Positions 59,249-64,000 of a DNA stretch of 64,000 nucleotides are shown here, in pieces. The notes under the pieces are model-generated. The model was not told the origin of the DNA and searched no databases. It saw only the letters and a list, made by a program, of their open reading frames with translations. Made by a program: the position numbers and the translations under genes. Origin of the DNA: Eledone cirrhosa (taxonomy: Eukaryota); the NCBI GenBank assembly GCA_964016885.1, contig OZ024743.1:71610001-71674000 (forward strand), in the 5' to 3' direction. Positions within the stretch are counted from its first letter, which is position 1; each line of letters starts with the position of its first letter.

Positions 59249-59254
59249 TAGACT

Positions 59255-59286
<32 letters not shown>

Positions 59287-59379
59287 AACATATATATCCA
59301 CACACTCATATCACCATAAATACACATACAAACACCCACATGTATATATATATATATATCTACATACACACACGTATAC

Positions 59380-59414
<35 letters not shown>

Positions 59415-59721
59415 CACACACATAAAAAACAGACATGCACATATATATATATATATATATTTTATTACTCTTATATATACACATATTATATATACATACA
59501 CAACCTCACTTATACACATATACACATAAGTTATATTATAATAATAATAAAGAATAATATACATATATATATATACATATACATACATATATATATATAT
59601 ATATACATACATACATACACATACATACATACACATAAATATATACATACATAAATACACACATACGAATAAAGACATATATTCACACATAGACACCTAT
59701 ATATATATATATATATATATC

Positions 59722-59769
<48 letters not shown>

Positions 59770-60921
59770 CACACACACACACACACACAGACACACATAC
59801 ACACTCACATATATATATATATATATGTGTATGTGTGTGTGCGCACATACACATATATACACACACACACACAAACACACACAAACACATACATATGCAT
59901 ACGTGCACACACACACACATATATCACATAGATACGAAGATAAACATATAAATAGAGAGACATACATATATATACACAACACACATACACATACATACAT
60001 ACACGCATATACATATACATACATATATACACATATATATATTCCTATATATACAAGCATACACATACATACACATATATACACATACATACACATATAC
60101 ATACAGCACATTCACATACACATACATATATAATGCATATATATACATATATATACATACATATGTATGTACAATCATATATACACACACAATCTTACAT
60201 TCATATTTGCATGCTCATATATGTATTTTTATATTTAGATATAAATACCCAAACCTATATAGACACCTACCTACATATATATTCATACATAGACTCTTAC
60301 AAATACAGATGATAATAGTATGGGGGAAAGGGGGGGTTTGGAGAAGGGGATCAAAGTAAATATATGTTTCAAGAAACATATAATATTTTCCGTATCTTAA
60401 TTCAATGTATGTTCTTACATATTTTCAGTGCTAGGAAATACGAAATCTATGCATCTCAAAATAAATAAGTATACCATTAATCATATGTTAACTAAACCAA
60501 AGATAGTCAACATATTGATTTCTAAGGTGTAAATTAGTTAGGTTTATAATATTTGAAGCAGAATTTTGAAGTCAAACATTAGTAGATTATTAATTACATT
60601 ATAACTAAATTAAAGTTAATAACGTTATGGTATCAATATTAGGAGATGAATTTAGTAATAGGGAAAAGAAACCCAAATAAAAATAAAATAAAGTATTACA
60701 TCGGTAGTAGCATATAAATTATATGTTAACTAAATTAAAAATTATATATTTATTTCAATAGTATACGTTAATTAGTATATGTTAATTAGGTATACAATAC
60801 ATAAAGCAGATATTGTATTTCATCAATAGCATAATATAATTATATGCAAATAGAAATCAAAATTAATACGCATACATATACATATACATACACATACACA
60901 TATACATACATATACACACAC

Positions 60922-60952
<31 letters not shown>

Positions 60953-61769
60953 CATATATACACATATATACATACATACAGATACACATACACAACACAC
61001 ACATATACATACACATATACATATACATATCTTTTTCAAAAAATTTGCACAGAATATATTAACTAGGTATATATCCAAAACACATCCCATTCTATGATTA
61101 CATGACATTCTGCAATTCGTCTGTATAAGGATACTAATTTTAAGCAAATTAAAATTAAAGTTTTAGGTTGATTAAAACTAAAACCAAATAATAAATATAT
61201 TTCCAAAATGTATATTAATTAGGTCTATAATACTAAAAATTCTTTCTCCGTCATTGGATACATGATATTATTTTGTTATATTTTATCTGTAAAAGAATTA
61301 TAATAAAAGGTTTAAATAAATTAAAATTAATCTATAAATTAAATTACTAAGTATATATTAGTAATATTTAAAGGTTTTTCACAATTTATGATTACATAAT
61401 ATTTTCTCATCTGTAATAAAACATTAATTAAATTAAATTTATAGGTTAACTAACATTTAAATTAAATTAATTTCTAGAATAATGTTATTAATTAGGTTTA
61501 TAATATTTAAATGTTTTTTTTAGTTTATGATTACACGATATAATTAATTCCTGTCGTTTATTTAATAAGATATCCCTAGACTTCATTATTTCAAATAGTT
61601 CTTGGGAACATAATCTACATTCCTTTCTATTATTTTGATAAGGGGTGGCTCTTTTGAGCACACTCCAGGTCAAATCATATTTTATATTCTTATTTTTATA
61701 ACTATTGATTTTTTCTGCTAGAGATGTTGTATTAGCCAGTGCGGCATTTTTAAAACTATGTTTGTGGGT
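57510..61769 (-). mobile_element. 5'-truncated Naiad-type PLE: GIY-YIG C-terminus, ~4-kb microsatellite-rich 3' region, hammerhead, ending at (TA)n
   Basis: EN C-terminal ORF 61769 to 61488; hammerhead at 57850-57696 in the same orientation; left boundary inferred from (TA)n at 57451-57507. Confidence 0.7.
57696..57850 (-). ncRNA. Type I hammerhead with 10-bp stem I and very long stem II
   Basis: ttcattattt-CTGAAGA-cggc-gtatatatgtgtta-ggtatgtatatt(~50 nt)aatatgcatacc-aatta-taacacatatatac-ccta-GAAA-cgatcg-TT-aaataatgaa. Confidence 0.8.
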
Positions 61770-62737
61770 GAAAGGATGTAACTGTAGAAACAAAACAAAC
61801 TGCCCATTAAAAGGGAATTGTCTTGTTAACAACATAGTCTATAAATGTAATGTTAAAACTAAAGATTCTATTTGCTCATATATAGGAGCTACCTCTAACA
61901 ATTTTAAGACAAGGTTTAATACCCACAAACATAGTTTTAAAAATGCCGCACTGGCTAATACAACATCTCTAGCAGAAAAAATCAATAGTTATAAAAATAA
62001 GAATATAAAATATGATTTGACCTGGAGTGTGCTCAAAAGAGCCACCCCTTATCAAAATAATAGAAAGGAATGTAGATTATGTTCCCAAGAACTATTTGAA
62101 ATAATGAAGTCTAGGGATATCTTATTAAATAAACGACAGGAATTAATTATATCGTGTAATCATAAACTAAAAAAAACATTTAAATATTATAAACCTAATT
62201 AATAACATTATTCTAGAAATTAATTTAATTTAAATGTTAGTTAACCTATAAATTTAATTTAATTAATGTTTTATTACAGATGAGAAAATATTATGTAATC
62301 ATAAATTGTGAAAAACCTTTAAATATTACTAATATATACTTAGTAATTTAATTTATAGATTAATTTTAATTTATTTAAACCTTTTATTATAATTCTTTTA
62401 CAGATAAAATATAACAAAATAATATCATGTATCCAATGACGGAGAAAGAATTTTTAGTATTATAGACCTAATTAATATACATTTTGGAAATATATTTATT
62501 ATTTGGTTTTAGTTTTAATCAACCTAAAACTTTAATTTTAATTTGCTTAAAATTAGTATCCTTATACAGACGAATTGCAGAATGTCATGTAATCATAGAA
62601 TGGGATGTGTTTTGGATATATACCTAGTTAATATATTCTGTGCAAATTTTTTGAAAAAGATATGTATATGTATATGTGTATGTATATGTGTGTGTTGTGT
62701 ATGTGTATCTGTATGTATGTATATATGTGTATATATG

Positions 62738-62768
<31 letters not shown>

Positions 62769-63921
62769 GTGTGTGTATATGTATGTATATGTGTATGTGT
62801 ATGTATATGTATATGTATGCGTATTAATTTTGATTTCTATTTGCATATAATTATATTATGCTATTGATGAAATACAATATCTGCTTTATGTATTGTATAC
62901 CTAATTAACATATACTAATTAACGTATACTATTGAAATAAATATATAATTTTTAATTTAGTTAACATATAATTTATATGCTACTACCGATGTAATACTTT
63001 ATTTTATTTTTATTTGGGTTTCTTTTCCCTATTACTAAATTCATCTCCTAATATTGATACCATAACGTTATTAACTTTAATTTAGTTATAATGTAATTAA
63101 TAATCTACTAATGTTTGACTTCAAAATTCTGCTTCAAATATTATAAACCTAACTAATTTACACCTTAGAAATCAATATGTTGACTATCTTTGGTTTAGTT
63201 AACATATGATTAATGGTATACTTATTTATTTTGAGATGCATAGATTTCGTATTTCCTAGCACTGAAAATATGTAAGAACATACATTGAATTAAGATACGG
63301 AAAATATTATATGTTTCTTGAAACATATATTTACTTTGATCCCCTTCTCCAAACCCCCCCCTTTCCCCCATACTATTATCATCTGTATTTGTAAGAGTCT
63401 ATGTATGAATATATATGTAGGTAGGTGTCTATATAGGTTTGGGTATTTATATCTAAATATAAAAATACATATATGAGCATGCAAATATGAATGTAAGATT
63501 GTGTGTGTATATATGATTGTACATACATATGTATGTATATATATGTATATATATGCATTATATATGTATGTGTATGTGAATGTGCTGTATGTATATGTGT
63601 ATGTATGTGTATATATGTGTATGTATGTGTATGCTTGTATATATAGGAATATATATATGTGTATATATGTATGTATATGTATATGCGTGTATGTATGTAT
63701 GTGTATGTGTGTTGTGTATATATATGTATGTCTCTCTATTTATATGTTTATCTTCGTATCTATGTGATATATGTGTGTGTGTGTGCACGTATGCATATGT
63801 ATGTGTTTGTGTGTGTTTGTGTGTGTGTGTGTATATATGTGTATGTGCGCACACACACATACACATATATATATATATATATGTGAGTGTGTATGTGTGT
63901 CTGTGTGTGTGTGTGTGTGTG

Positions 63922-63969
<48 letters not shown>

Positions 63970-64000
63970 GATATATATATATATATATATATAGGTGTCT
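59691..64000. repeat. Inverted repeat with arms of at least 2.08 kb and a 151-bp spacer (runs off window end)
   Basis: 59691-61769 is the reverse complement of 61921-64000; only a 1-bp G/C-run length difference noticed; mirrored ORFs in the track. Confidence 0.95.
61770..62202 (+). mobile_element. Uninterrupted GIY-YIG endonuclease domain of a 5'-truncated Naiad-type PLE
   Basis: GCNCRNKTNCPLKGNCLVNNIVYKC..YIGATSNNFKTRFNTHKHSF..CRLCSQE..LLNKRQELIISCNH; homologous to 25950-26362; ORF start in the track is an artefact of the inversion junction. Confidence 0.92.

Noticed and set aside
61488-61835. Separate 115-aa minus-strand gene and the N-terminus of the 165-aa plus-strand ORF
   Set aside because: Both N-termini are antisense read-through across the inversion junction; only the EN-homologous parts are meaningful.

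Overview
AT-rich, microsatellite-dense animal genomic DNA. The repeat make-up (tRNA-derived SINEs, RTE/CR1/CRE LINE relics, very abundant (TA)n) suggests a coleoid cephalopod, probably an octopus; this is an inference. Nearly all ORFs in the six-frame track are translated microsatellite. The only host coding sequence I can support is the last two exons of an ionotropic glutamate receptor-family gene (+ strand, 28843-29026 and 32123-32248), so 1-28842 is probably one large intron. The dominant signal is Penelope-like retroelements (PLEs). There is a near-full-length frameshifted Naiad-type element (23231-27573) and a young 5'-truncated, inverted Naiad pair (about 57510-64000). There are about 10 intact-looking minimal type I hammerhead ribozyme (HHR) cores from several unrelated families. 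More than 20 fold-back inverted repeats sit in or beside (TA)n tracts, and their apex repeatedly falls in or next to a hammerhead motif. Also present: two non-autonomous Helitron-like elements, 17-bp and 46-bp minisatellites and a ~330-bp tandem duplication. All coordinates and pairings were read by eye and may be off by a few bases.
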